A stretch of DNA of 64,000 nucleotides. Origin: Nemertoderma westbladi (lineage: Eukaryota; Animalia; Xenacoelomorpha). The translations under genes and the position numbers were made by a program. The DNA lies in NCBI GenBank assembly GCA_032718475.1, contig JAUCBJ010000367.1:1-64000 (forward strand). The letters are read 5' to 3'. Shown here one piece after another: positions 40,101-55,100 of this stretch. The notes below the pieces were generated by a model. The model did not search any database and had not been told where the DNA came from. It saw nothing but the letters and a program-made list of their open reading frames with translations. The stretch's first letter is position 1. The number at the start of each line of letters is the position of its first letter.

Positions 40101-43100
40101 AGATGCACTCGGGAATCGGGAGATGGGAGGTAGATATTCAACTAGAGATACACTCGGGAATTGGGAGATAGGAGGTAGATATTCAACTAGAGATACACTC
40201 GGGAATTGGGAGATGGGAGGTAGATATTCAACTAGAGATACACTCGGGAGACGGGAGGTAGATATTCAACTAGAGATACACTCGGGAATCGGGAGATGGG
40301 AGATAGATATTCAACTAGACTCGGGATACACTCGGGAGACGGGAGGTAGATATTCAACTAGAGATACACTCGGGAATCGGGAGATGGGAGGTAGATATTC
40401 AACTAGAGATACACTCGGGAGACGGGAGGTAGATATTCAACTAGAGATACACTCGGGAATCGGGAGATGGGAGATAGATATTCAACTAGACTCGGGATAC
40501 ACTCGGGAGACGGGAGGTAGATATTCAACTAGAGATACACTCGGGAATCGGGAGATGGGAGGTAGATATTCAACTAGAGATACACTCGGGAATCGGGAGA
40601 TGGGAGGTAGATATTCAACTAGAGATACACTCGGGAATCGGGAGATGGGAGGTATATATTCAACTAGAGATACACTCGGGAGACGGGAGGTAGATATTCA
40701 ACTAGAGATACACTCGGGAATCGGGAGATGGGAGGTAGATATTCAACTAGAGATACACTCGGGAATCGGGAGATGGGAGGTAGATATTCAACTAGAGATA
40801 CACTCGGGAATCGGGAGATGGGAGGTAGATATTCAACTAGAGATGCACTCGGGAGACGGGAGATGGGAGGTAGATATTCAACTAGAGATACACTCGGGAA
40901 TCGGGAGATGGGAGATAGATATTCAACTAGAGATACACTCGGGAATCGGGAGATGGGAGGTAGATATTCAACTAGAGATACACTCGGGAATCGGGAGATG
41001 GGAGGTAGATATTCAACTAGAGATACACTCGGGAATCGGGAGATGGGAGGTAGATATTCAACTAGAGATACACTCGGGAATCGGGAGATGGGAGGTAGAT
41101 ATTCAACTAGAGATACACTCGGGAATCGGGAGATGGGAGGTAGATATTCAACTAGAGATGCACTCGGGAGACGGGAGATGGGAGGTAGATATTCAACTAG
41201 AGATACACTCGGGAATCGGGAGATGGGAGATAGATATTCAACTAGACTCGGGATACACTCGGGAGACGGGAGGTAGATATTCAACTAGAGATACACTCGG
41301 GAATCGGGAGATGGGAGGTAGATATTCAACTAGAGATACACTCGGGAGACGGGAGGTAGATATTCAACTAGAGATACACTCGGGAATCGGGAGATGGGAG
41401 ATAGATATTCAACTAGACTCGGGATACACTCGGGAGACGGGAGGTAGATATTCAACTAGAGATACACTCGGGAATCGGGAGATGGGAGGTAGATATTCAA
41501 CTAGAGATACACTCGGGAATCGGGAGATGGGAGGTAGATATTCAACTAGAGATACACTCGGGAATCGGGAGATGGGAGGTAGATATTCAACTAGAGATAC
41601 ACTCGGGAATCGGGAGATGGGAGGTAGATATTCAACTAGAGATACACTCGGGAATCGGGAGATGGGAGGTAGATATTCAACTAGAGATACACTCGGGAAT
41701 CGGGAGATGGGAGGTAGATATTCAACTAGAGATGCACTCGGGAGACGGGAGATGGGAGGTAGATATTCAACTAGAGATACACTCGGGAGACGGGAGATGG
41801 GAGGTAGATATTCAACTAGAGATACACTCGGGAGACGGGAGACGGGAGGTAGATATTCAACTAGAGATACACTCGGGAATCGGGAGATGGGAGGTAGATA
41901 TTCAACTAGAGATACACTCGGGAATCAGAAGACGGGAGGTAGATATTCAACTAGAGATACACTCGGGAATCGGGAGATGGGAGGTATATATTCAACTAGA
42001 GATACACTCGGGAATTGGGAGAAGGGAGGTAGATATTCAACTAGAGATGCACTCGGGAGACGGGAGGTAGATATTCAACTAGAGATACACTCGGGAGACG
42101 GGAGGTAGATATTCAACTAGAGATGCACTCGGGAGACGGGAGGTAGATATTCAACTAGAGATGCACTCGGGAGACGGGAGGTAGATATTCAACTAGAGAT
42201 ACACTCGGGAGACGGGAGGTAGATATTCAACTAGAGATGCACTCGGGAGACGGGAGGTAGATATTCAACTAGAGATACACTCGGGAATTGGGAGATGGGA
42301 GGTAGATATTCAACTAGAGATACACTCGGGAGATGGGAGGTAGATATTCAACTAGAGATACACTCGGGAGACGGGAGGTAGATATTCAACTAGAGATGCA
42401 CTCGGGAGACGGGAGGTAGATATTCAACTAGAGATGCACTCGGGAGACGGGAGGTAGATATTCAACTAGAGATACACTCGGGAGACGGGAGGTAGATATT
42501 CAACTAGAGATGCACTCGGGAGACGGGAGGTAGATATTCAACTAGAGATACACTCGGGAATTGGGAGAAGGGAGGTAGATATTCAACTAGAGATGCACTC
42601 GGGAATCGGGAGATGGGAGGTAGATATTCAACTAGAGATACACTCGGGAATTGGGAGAAGGGAGGTAGATATTCAACTAGAGATGCACTCGGGAGACGGG
42701 AGGTAGATATTCAACTAGAGATACACTCGGGAATCGGGAGATGGGAGGTAGATATTCAACTAGAGATACACTCGGGAATTGGGAGAAGGGAGGTAGATAT
42801 TCAACTAGAGATGCACTCGGGAATCGGGAGATGGGAGGTAGATATTCAACTAGAGATACACTCGGGAATTGGGAGAAGGGAGGTAGATATTCAACTAGAG
42901 ATACACTCGGGAGACGGGAGGTAGATATTCAACTAGAGATGCACTCGGGAGACGGGAGGTAGATATTCAACTAGAGATACACTCGGGAATCGGGAGATGG
43001 GAGGTAGATATTCAACTAGAGATACACTCGGGAATTGGGAGAAGGGAGGTAGATATTCAACTAGAGATGCACTCGGGAGACGGGAGACGGGAGGTAGATA

Positions 43101-46100
43101 TTCAACTAGAGATACACTCGGGAATCGGGAGATGGGAGGTAGATATTCAACTAGAGATACACTCGGGAATTGGGAGAAGGGAGGTAGATATTCAACTAGA
43201 GATACACTCGGGAGATGGGAGGTAGATATTCAACTAGAGATGCACTCGGGAATCGGGAGATGGGAGGTAGATATTCAACTAGAGATGCACTCGGGAATCG
43301 GGAGATGGGAGGTAGATATTCAACTAGAGATACACTCGGGAATTGGGAGAAGGGAGGTAGATATTCAACTAGAGATGCACTCGGGAGACGGGAGGTAGAT
43401 ATTCAACTAGAGATACACTCGGGAGACGGGAGGTAGATATTCAACTAGAGATACACTCGGGAATCGGGAGATGGGAGGTAGATATTCAACTAGAGATACA
43501 CTCGGGAATTGGGAGAAGGGAGGTAGATATTCAACTAGAGATGCACTCGGGAGACGGGAGATGGGAGGTAGATATTCAACTAGAGATACACTCGGGAGAT
43601 GGGAGGTAGATATTCAACTAGAGATACACTCGGGAATCGGGAGATGGGAGGTAGATATTCAACTAGAGATACACTCGGGAATTGGGAGATGGGAGGTAGA
43701 TATTCAACTAGAGATACACTCGGGAGATGGGAGGTAGATATTCAACTAGAGATACACTCGGGAATCGGGAGATGGGAGGTAGATATTCAACTAGAGATAC
43801 ACTCGGGAATTGGGAGATGGGAGGTAGATATTCAACTAGAGATACACTCGGGAGATGGGAGGTAGATATTCAACTAGAGATGCACTCGGGAATCGGGAGA
43901 TGGGAGGTAGATATTCAACTAGAGATACACTCGGGAATTGGGAGATGGGAGGTAGATATTCAACTAGAGATACACTCGGGAGATGGGAGGTAGATATTCA
44001 ACTAGAGATGCACTCGGGAATCGGGAGATGGGAGGTAGATATTCAACTAGAGATGCACTCGGGAATCGGGAGATGGGAGGTAGATATTCAACTAGAGATG
44101 CACTCGGGAGACGGGAGACGGGAGGTAGATATTCAACTAGAGATACACTCGGGAATCGGGAGATGGGAGGTAGATATTCAACTAGAGATACACTCGGGAA
44201 TTGGGAGAAGGGAGGTAGATATTCAACTAGAGATACACTCGGGAGATGGGAGGTAGATATTCAACTAGAGATGCACTCGGGAGATGGGAGGTAGATATTC
44301 AACTAGAGATGCACTCGGGAATCGGGAGATGGGAGGTAGATATTCAACTAGAGATACACTCGGGAATCGGGAGATGGGAGGTATATATTCAACTAGAGAT
44401 ACACTCGGGAGACGGGAGACGGGAGGTAGATATTCAACTAGAGATACACTCGGGAATCGGGAGATGGGAGGTAGATATTCAACTAGAGATACACTCGGGA
44501 ATTGGGAGAAGGGAGGTAGATATTCAACTAGAGATGCACTCGGGAATCGGGAGATGGGAGGTAGATATTCAACTAGAGATACACTCGGGAATTGGGAGAA
44601 GGGAGGTAGATATTCAACTAGAGATACACTCGGGAATTGGGAGACGGGAGGTAGATATTCAACTAGAGATACACTCGGGAATCAGGAGACGGGAGGTAGA
44701 TATTCAACTAGAGATACACTCGGGAATTGGGAGAAGGGAGGTAGATATTCAACTAGAGATACACTCGGGAATCGGGAGGTAGATATTCAACTAGAGATAC
44801 ACTCGGGAATTGGGAGAAGGGAGGTAGATATTCAACTAGAGATGCACTCGGGAGACGGGAGATGGGAGGTAGATATTCAACTAGAGATACACTCGGGAGA
44901 TGGGAGGTAGATATTCAACTAGAGATACACTCGGGAATCGGGAGATGGGAGGTAGATATTCAACTAGAGATGCACTCGGGAGACGGGAGATGGGAGGTAG
45001 ATATTCAACTAGAGATACACTCGGGAGATGGGAGGTAGATATTCAACTAGAGATACACTCGGGAATTGGGAGAAGGGAGGTAGATATTCAACTAGAGATG
45101 CACTCGGGAGACGGGAGATGGGAGGTAGATATTCAACTAGAGATACACTCGGGAATCGGGAGATGGGAGGTAGATATTCAACTAGAGATGCACTCGGGAG
45201 ACGGGAGATGGGAGGTAGATATTCAACTAGAGATACACTCGGGAGATGGGAGGTAGATATTCAACTAGAGATACACTCGGGAATCGGGAGATGGGAGGTA
45301 GATATTCAACTAGAGATGCACTCGGGAGACGGGAGATGGGAGGTAGATATTCAACTAGAGATACACTCGGGAGATGGGAGGTAGATATTCAACTAGAGAT
45401 ACACTCGGGAATTGGGAGAAGGGAGGTAGATATTCAACTAGAGATGCACTCGGGAGACGGGAGATGGGAGGTAGATATTCAACTAGAGATACACTCGGGA
45501 ATCGGGAGATGGGAGGTAGATATTCAACTAGAGATGCACTCGGGAGACGGGAGATGGGAGGTAGATATTCAACTAGAGATACACTCGGGAGATGGGAGGT
45601 AGATATTCAACTAGAGATACACTCGGGAATCGGGAGATGGGAGGTAGATATTCAACTAGAGATACACTCGGGAATCGGGAGATGGGAGGTAGATATTCAA
45701 CTAGAGATACACTCGGGAATCGGGAGATGGGAGGTAGATATTCAACTAGAGATGCACTCGGGAGACGGGAGATGGGAGGTAGATATTCAACTAGAGATAC
45801 ACTCGGGAGATGGGAGGTAGATATTCAACTAGAGATACACTCGGGAATCGGGAGATGGGAGGTAGATATTCAACTAGAGATACACTCGGGAATCGGGAGA
45901 TGGGAGGTAGATATTCAACTAGAGATGCACTCGGGAGACGGGAGATGGGAGGTAGATATTCAACTAGAGATACACTCGGGAATCGGGAGATGGGAGGTAG
46001 ATATTCAACTAGAGATACACTCGGGAATCGGGAGATGGGAGGTAGATATTCAACTAGAGATGCACTCGGGAGACGGGAGATGGGAGGTAGATATTCAACT

Positions 46101-49100
46101 AGAGATACACTCGGGAGATGGGAGGTAGATATTCAACTAGAGATACACTCGGGAATCGGGAGATGGGAGGTAGATATTCAACTAGAGATACACTCGGGAA
46201 TCGGGAGATGGGAGGTAGATATTCAACTAGAGATGCACTCGGGAGACGGGAGATGGGAGGTAGATATTCAACTAGAGATACACTCGGGAATCGGGAGATG
46301 GGAGGTAGATATTCAACTAGAGATACACTCGGGAATCGGGAGATGGGAGGTAGATATTCAACTAGAGATGCACTCGGGAGACGGGAGATGGGAGGTAGAT
46401 ATTCAACTAGAGATACACTCGGGAGACGGGAGATGGGAGGTAGATATTCAACTAGAGATACACTCGGGAGACGGGAGACGGGAGGTAGATATTCAACTAG
46501 AGATACACTCGGGAATCGGGAGATGGGAGGTAGATATTCAACTAGAGATACACTCGGGAATCAGAAGACGGGAGGTAGATATTCAACTAGAGATACACTC
46601 GGGAATCGGGAGATGGGAGGTATATATTCAACTAGAGATACACTCGGGAATTGGGAGAAGGGAGGTAGATATTCAACTAGAGATGCACTCGGGAGACGGG
46701 AGGTAGATATTCAACTAGAGATACACTCGGGAGATGGGAGGTAGATATTCAACTAGAGATGCACTCGGGAATTGGGAGAAGGGAGGTAGATATTCAACTA
46801 GAGATGCACTCGGGAGACGGGAGGTAGATATTCAACTAGAGATACACTCGGGAATTGGGAGACGGGAGGTAGATATTCAACTAGAGATACACTCGGGAGA
46901 TGGGAGGTAGATATTCAACTAGAGATACACTCGGGAATTGGGAGAAGGGAGGTAGATATTCAACTAGAGATGCACTCGGGAGACGGGAGGTAGATATTCA
47001 ACTAGAGATGCACTCGGGAATTGGGAGAAGGGAGGTAGATATTCAACTAGAGATACACTCGGGAGATGGGAGGTAGATATTCAACTAGAGATACACTCGG
47101 GAATTGGGAGAAGGGAGGTAGATATTCAACTAGAGATGCACTCGGGAATTGGGAGAAGGGAGGTAGATATTCAACTAGAGATGCACTCGGGAGACGGGAG
47201 GTAGATATTCAACTAGAGATGCACTCGGGAATTGGGAGAAGGGAGGTAGATATTCAACTAGAGATACACTCGGGAGATGGGAGGTAGATATTCAACTAGA
47301 GATACACTCGGGAATTGGGAGAAGGGAGGTAGATATTCAACTAGAGATGCACTCGGGAATTGGGAGAAGGGAGGTAGATATTCAACTAGAGATGCACTCG
47401 GGAATCGGGAGATGGGAGGTAGATATTCAACTAGAGATACACTCGGGAATTGGGAGACGGGAGGTAGATATTCAACTAGAGATACACTCAGGAGATGGGA
47501 GGTATATATTCAACTAGAGATGCACTCGGGAATTGGGAGAAGGGAGGTAGATATTCAACTAGAGATACACTCGGGAGACGGGAGGTAGATATTCAACTAG
47601 AGATACACTCGGGAGATGGGAGGTAGATATTCAACTAGAGATGCACTCGGGAATTGGGAGAAGGGAGGTAGATATTCAACTAGAGATACACTCGGGAGAC
47701 GGGAGGTAGATATTCAACTAGAGATGCACTCGGGAATTGGGAGAAGGGAGGTAGATATTCAACTAGAGATACACTCGGGAGACGGGAGATGGGAGGTAGA
47801 TATTCAACTAGAGATACACTCGGGAGACGGGAGGTAGATATTCAACTAGAGATGCACTCGGGAATTGGGAGAAGGGAGGTAGATATTCAACTAGAGATAC
47901 ACTCGGGAGACGGGAGATGGGAGGTAGATATTCAACTAGAGATACACTCGGGAATTGGGAGAAGGGAGGTAGATATTCAACTAGAGATACACTCGGGAGA
48001 CGGGAGATGGGAGGTAGATATTCAACTAGAGATACACTCGGGAATCGGGAGAAGGGAGGTAGATATTCAACTAGAGATACACTCGGGAATTGGGAGAAGG
48101 GAGGTAGATATTCAACTAGAGATGCACTCGGGAATTGGGAGAAGGGAGGTAGATATTCAACTAGAGATACACTCGGGAATCGGGAGACGGGAGGTAGATA
48201 TTCAACTAGAGATGCACTCGGGAGACGGGAGGTATATATTCAAATAGAGATACACTCGGGAATCGGGAGATGGGAGGTAGATATTCAACTAGAGATACAC
48301 TCGGGAATTGGGAGAAGGGAGGTAGATATTCAACTAGAGATGCACTCGGGAATCGGGAGATGGGAGGTAGATATTCAACTAGAGATACACTCGGGAATTG
48401 GGAGAAGGGAGGTAGATATTCAACTAGAGATGCACTCGGGAATTGGGAGAAGGGAGGTAGATATTCAACTAGAGATGCACTCGGGAGATGGGAGGTAGAT
48501 ATTCAACTAGAGATACACTCGGGAATTGGGAGAAGGGAGGTAGATATTCAACTAGAGATGCACTCGGGAATCGGGAGATGGGAGGTAGATATTCAACTAG
48601 AGATACACTCGGGAGATGGGAGGTAGATATTCAACTAGAGATACACTCGGGAATTGGGAGAAGGGAGGTAGATATTCAACTAGAGATACACTCGGGAGAT
48701 GGGAGGTAGATATTCAACTAGATATACACTCGGGAATCGGGAGATGGGAGGTAGATATTCAACTAGAGATACACTCGGGAATTGGGAGAAGGGAGGTAGA
48801 TATTCAACTAGAGATGCACTCGGGAATTGGGAGAAGGGAGGTAGATATTCAACTAGAGATACACTCGGGAATCGGGAGATGGGAGGTAGATATTCAACTA
48901 GAGATACACTCGGGAATTGGGAGAAGGGAGGTAGATATTCAACTAGAGATGCACTCGGGAATCGGGAGATGGGAGGTAGATATTCAACTAGAGATACACT
49001 CGGGAATTGGGAGAAGGGAGGTAGATATTCAACTAGAGATACACTCGGGAATTGGGAGAAGGGAGGTAGATATTCAACTAGAGATGCACTCGGGAATCGG

Positions 49101-52100
49101 GAGATGGGAGGTAGATATTCAACTAGAGATACACTCGGGAATTGGGAGAAGGGAGGTAGATATTCAACTAGAGATGCACTCGGGAATCGGGAGATGGGAG
49201 GTAGATATTCAACTAGAGATACACTCGGGAATTGGGAGAAGGGAGGTAGATATTCAACTAGAGATGCACTCGGGAGACGGGAGGTAGATATTCAACTAGA
49301 GATACACTCGGGAATTGGGAGAAGGGAGGTAGATATTCAACTAGAGATGCACTCGGGAGACGGGAGGTAGATATTCAACTAGAGATACACTCGGGAATTG
49401 GGAGAAGGGAGGTAGATATTCAACTAGAGATGCACTCGGGAATCGGGAGATGGGAGGTAGATATTCAACTAGAGATACACTCGGGAATTGGGAGAAGGGA
49501 GGTAGATATTCAACTAGAGATGCACTCGGGAATCGGGAGATGGGAGGTAGATATTCAACTAGAGATACACTCGGGAATCGGGAGACGGGAGGTAGATATT
49601 CAACTAGAGATGCACTCGGGAATCGGGAGATGGGAGGTAGATATTCAACTAGAGATACACTCGGGAATCGGGAGATGGGAGGTAGATATTCAACTAGAGA
49701 TACACTCGGGAATTGGGAGAAGGGAGGTAGATATTCAACTAGAGATACACTCGGGAATTGGGAGACGGGAGGTAGATATTCAACTAGAGATACACTCGGG
49801 AGATGGGAGGTAGATATTCAACTAGAGATACACTCGGGAATCGGGAGATGGGAGGTAGATATTCAACTAGAGATACACTCGGGAATTGGGAGACGGGAGG
49901 TAGATATTCAACTAGAGATACACTCGGGAGATGGGAGGTAGATATTCAACTAGAGATACACTCGGGAATCGGGAGATGGGAGGTAGATATTCAACTAGAG
50001 ATACACTCGGGAATTGGGAGAAGGGAGGTAGATATTCAACTAGAGATGCACTCGGGAGACGGGAGGTAGATATTCAACTAGAGATACACTCGGGAATCGG
50101 GAGATGGGAGGTAGATATTCAACTAGAGATACACTCGGGAATCGGGAGACGGGAGGTAGATATTCAACTAGAGATACACTCGGGAATCGGGAGATGGGAG
50201 GTAGATATTCAACTAGAGATACACTCGGGAATTGGGAGAAGGGAGGTAGATATTCAACTAGAGATGCACTCGGGAGACGGGAGGTAGATATTCAACTAGA
50301 GATACACTCGGGAATTGGGAGAAGGGAGGTAGATATTCAACTAGAGATGCACTCGGGAATCGGGAGATGGGAGGTAGATATTCAACTAGAGATACACTCG
50401 GGAATTGGGAGAAGGGAGGTAGATATTCAACTAGAGATACACTCGGGAATCGGGAGATGGGAGGTAGATATTCAACTAGAGATACACTCGGGAATTGGGA
50501 GAAGGGAGGTAGATATTCAACTAGAGATACACTCGGGAATTGGGAGAAGGGAGGTAGATATTCAACTAGAGATGCACTCGGGAATTGGGAGAAGGGAGGT
50601 AGATATTCAACTAGAGATGCACTCGGGAATCGGGAGATGGGAGGTAGATATTCAACTAGAGATACACTCGGGAATTGGGAGAAGGGAGGTAGATATTCAA
50701 CTAGAGATACACTCGGGAATTGGGAGAAGGGAGGTAGATATTCAACTAGAGATGCACTCGGGAATCGGGAGATGGGAGGTAGATATTCAACTAGAGATAC
50801 ACTCGGGAATTGGGAGAAGGGAGGTAGATATTCAACTAGAGATACACTCGGGAATTGGGAGATGGGAGGTAGATATTCAACTAGAGATACACTCGGGAAT
50901 CAGAAGACGGGAGGTAGATATTCAACTAGAGATACACTCGGGAGACGGGAGACGGGAGGTAGATATTCAACTAGAGATACACTCGGGAATCGGGAGATGG
51001 GAGGTAGATATTCAACTAGAGATACACTCGGGAATCAGAAGACGGGAGGTAGATATTCAACTAGAGATACACTCGGGAATCGGGAGATGGGAGGTATATA
51101 TTCAACTAGAGATACACTCGGGAATTGGGAGAAGGGAGGTAGATATTCAACTAGAGATGCACTCGGGAGACGGGAGGTAGATATTCAACTAGAGATACAC
51201 TCGGGAGATGGGAGGTAGATATTCAACTAGAGATACACTCGGGAGATGGGAGGTAGATATTCAACTAGAGATACACTCGGGAATTGGGAGAAGGGAGGTA
51301 GATATTCAACTAGAGATGCACTCGGGAATCGGGAGATGGGAGGTAGATATTCAACTAGAGATACACTCGGGAATCGGGAGATGGGAGGTAGATATTCAAC
51401 TAGAGATACACTCGGGAGATGGGAGGTAGATATTCAACTAGAGATACACTCGGGAATTGGGAGAAGGGAGGTAGATATTCAACTAGAGATACACTCGGGA
51501 ATCGGGAGATGGGGGGTAGATATTCAACTAGAGATACACTCGGGAATCGGGAGATGGGAGGTAGATATTCAACTAGAGATGCACTCGGGAATCGGGAGAT
51601 GGGAGGTAGATATTCAACTAGAGATGCACTCGGGAGACGGGAGGTAGATATTCAACTAGAGATACACTCGGGAATCGGGAGAAGGGAGGTAGATATTCAA
51701 CTAGAGATACACTCGGGAATCGGGAGAAGGGAGGTAGATATTCAACTAGAGATACACTCGGGAATCGGGAGATGGGAGGTAGATATTCAACTAGAGATAC
51801 ACTCGGGAATTGGGAGAAGGGAGGTAGATATTCAACTAGAGATGCACTCGGGAATCGGGAGATGGGAGGTAGATATTCAACTAGAGATGCACTCGGGAAT
51901 CGGGAGATGGGAGGTAGATATTCAACTAGAGATACACTCGGGAATTGGGAGAAGGGAGGTAGATATTCAACTAGAGATGCACTCGGGAATCGGGAGATGG
52001 GAGGTAGATATTCAACTAGAGATGCACTCGGGAGACGGGAGGTAGATATTCAACTAGAGATGCACTCGGGAATCGGGAGATGGGAGGTAGATATTCAACT

Positions 52101-55100
52101 AGAGATGCACTCGGGAGACGGGAGGTAGATATTCAACTAGAGATACACTCGGGAATTGGGAGAAGGGAGGTAGATATTCAACTAGAGATGCACTCGGGAA
52201 TCGGGAGATGGGAGGTAGATATTCAACTAGAGATGCACTCGGGAATCGGGAGATGGGAGGTAGATATTCAACTAGAGATGCACTCGGGAGACGGGAGGTA
52301 GATATTCAACTAGAGATGCACTCGGGAATCGGGAGATGGGAGGTAGATATTCAACTAGAGATGCACTCGGGAGACGGGAGATGGGAGGTAGATATTCAAC
52401 TAGAGATGCACTCGGGAATCGGGAGATGGGAGGTAGATATTCAACTAGAGATACACTCGGGAATTGGGAGAAGGGAGGTAGATATTCAACTAGAGATGCA
52501 CTCGGGAGACGGGAGATAGATATTCAACTAGAGATACACTCGGGAATTGGGAGAAGGGAGGTAGATATTCAACTAGAGATGCACTCGGGAGACGGGAGGT
52601 AGATATTCAACTAGAGATACACTCGGGAATTGGGAGAAGGGAGGTAGATATTCAACTAGAGATACACTCGGGAATTGGGAGACGGGAGGTAGATATTCAA
52701 CTAGAGATACACTCGGGAATCGGGAGATGGGAGGTAGATATTCAACTAGAGATGCACTCGGGAATCGGGAGATGGGAGGTAGATATTCAACTAGAGATGC
52801 ACTCGGGAATCGGGAGATGGGAGGTAGATATTCAACTAGAGATGCACTCGGGAGACGGGAGGTAGATATTCAACTAGAGATGCACTCGGGAATCGGGAGA
52901 TGGGAGGTAGATATTCAACTAGAGATGCACTCGGGAGACGGGAGATGGGAGGTAGATATTCAACTAGAGATGCACTCGGGAATCGGGAGATGGGAGGTAG
53001 ATATTCAACTAGAGATGCACTCGGGAATCGGGAGATGGGAGGTAGATATTCAACTAGAGATGCACTCGGGAATCGGGAGATGGGAGGTAGATATTCAACT
53101 AGAGATGCACTCGGGAGACGGGAGGTAGATATTCAACTAGAGATGCACTCGGGAATCGGGAGATGGGAGGTAGATATTCAACTAGAGATGCACTCGGGAG
53201 ACGGGAGATGGGAGGTAGATATTCAACTAGAGATGCACTCGGGAATCGGGAGATGGGAGGTAGATATTCAACTAGAGATACACTCGGGAATTGGGAGAAG
53301 GGAGGTAGATATTCAACTAGAGATGCACTCGGGAGACGGGAGATAGATATTCAACTAGAGATGCACTCGGGAATCGGGAGATGGGAGGTAGATATTCAAC
53401 TAGAGATGCACTCGGGAATCGGGAGATGGGAGGTAGATATTCAACTAGAGATGCACTCGGGAGACGGGAGATGGGAGGTAGATATTCAACTAGAGATGCA
53501 CTCGGGAGACGGGAGATGGGAGGTAGATATTCAACTAGAGATGCACTCGGGAGACGGGAGATGGGAGGTAGATATTCAACTAGAGATGCACTCGGGAGAC
53601 GGGAGATGGGAGGTAGATATTCAACTAGAGATGCACTCGGGAATCGGGAGATGGGAGGTAGATATTCAACTAGAGATGCACTCGGGAATCGGGAGATGGG
53701 AGGTAGATATTCAACTAGAGATGCACTCGGGAATCGGGAGATGGGAGGTAGATATTCAACTAGAGATGCACTCGGGAGACGGGAGGTAGATATTCAACTA
53801 GAGATGCACTCGGGAATCGGGAGATGGGAGGTAGATATTCAACTAGAGATGCACTCGGGAGACGGGAGATGGGAGGTAGATATTCAACTAGAGATGCACT
53901 CGGGAATCGGGAGATGGGAGGTAGATATTCAACTAGAGATACACTCGGGAATTGGGAGAAGGGAGGTAGATATTCAACTAGAGATGCACTCGGGAGACGG
54001 GAGATAGATATTCAACTAGAGATGCACTCGGGAATCGGGAGATGGGAGGTAGATATTCAACTAGAGATGCACTCGGGAATCGGGAGATGGGAGGTAGATA
54101 TTCAACTAGAGATGCACTCGGGAATCGGGAGATGGGAGGTAGATATTCAACTAGAGATGCACTCGGGAGACGGGAGGTAGATATTCAACTAGAGATGCAC
54201 TCGGGAATCGGGAGATGGGAGGTAGATATTCAACTAGAGATGCACTCGGGAGACGGGAGATGGGAGGTAGATATTCAACTAGAGATGCACTCGGGAATCG
54301 GGAGATGGGAGGTAGATATTCAACTAGAGATACACTCGGGAATTGGGAGAAGGGAGGTAGATATTCAACTAGAGATGCACTCGGGAGACGGGAGATAGAT
54401 ATTCAACTAGAGATACACTCGGGAATTGGGAGACGGGAGATAGATATTCAACTAGAGATACACTCGGGAATTGGGAGAAGGGAGGTAGATATTCAACTAG
54501 AGATACACTCGGGAATTGGGAGAAGGGAGGTAGATATTCAACTAGAGATGCACTCGGGAATCGGGAGATGGGAGGTAGATATTCAACTAGAGATACACTC
54601 GGGAATCGGAGATGGGAGGTAGATATTCAACTAGAGATACACTCGGGAATCGGGAGACGGGAGGTAGATATTCAACTAGAGATACACTCGGGAATCGGGA
54701 GATGGGAGGTAGATATTCAACTAGAGATGCACTCGGGAATCGGGAGATGGGAGGTAGATATTCAATTAGAGATACACTCGGGAATCAGGAGATGGGAGGT
54801 AGATATTCAACTAGAGATACACTCGGGAATTGGGAGAAGGGAGGTAGATATTCAACTAGAGATACACTCGGGAATTGGGAGAAGGGAGTAGATATTCAAC
54901 TAGAGATACACTCGGGAATTGGGAGAAGGGAGGTAGATATTCAACTAGAGATGCACTCGGGAATCAGAAGACGGGAGGTAGATATTCAACTAGAGATACA
55001 CTCGGGAATCGGGAGATGGGAGGTAGATATTCAACTAGAGATACACTCGGGAATCGGGAGATGGGAGGTAGATATTCAACTAGAGATACACTCGGGAACG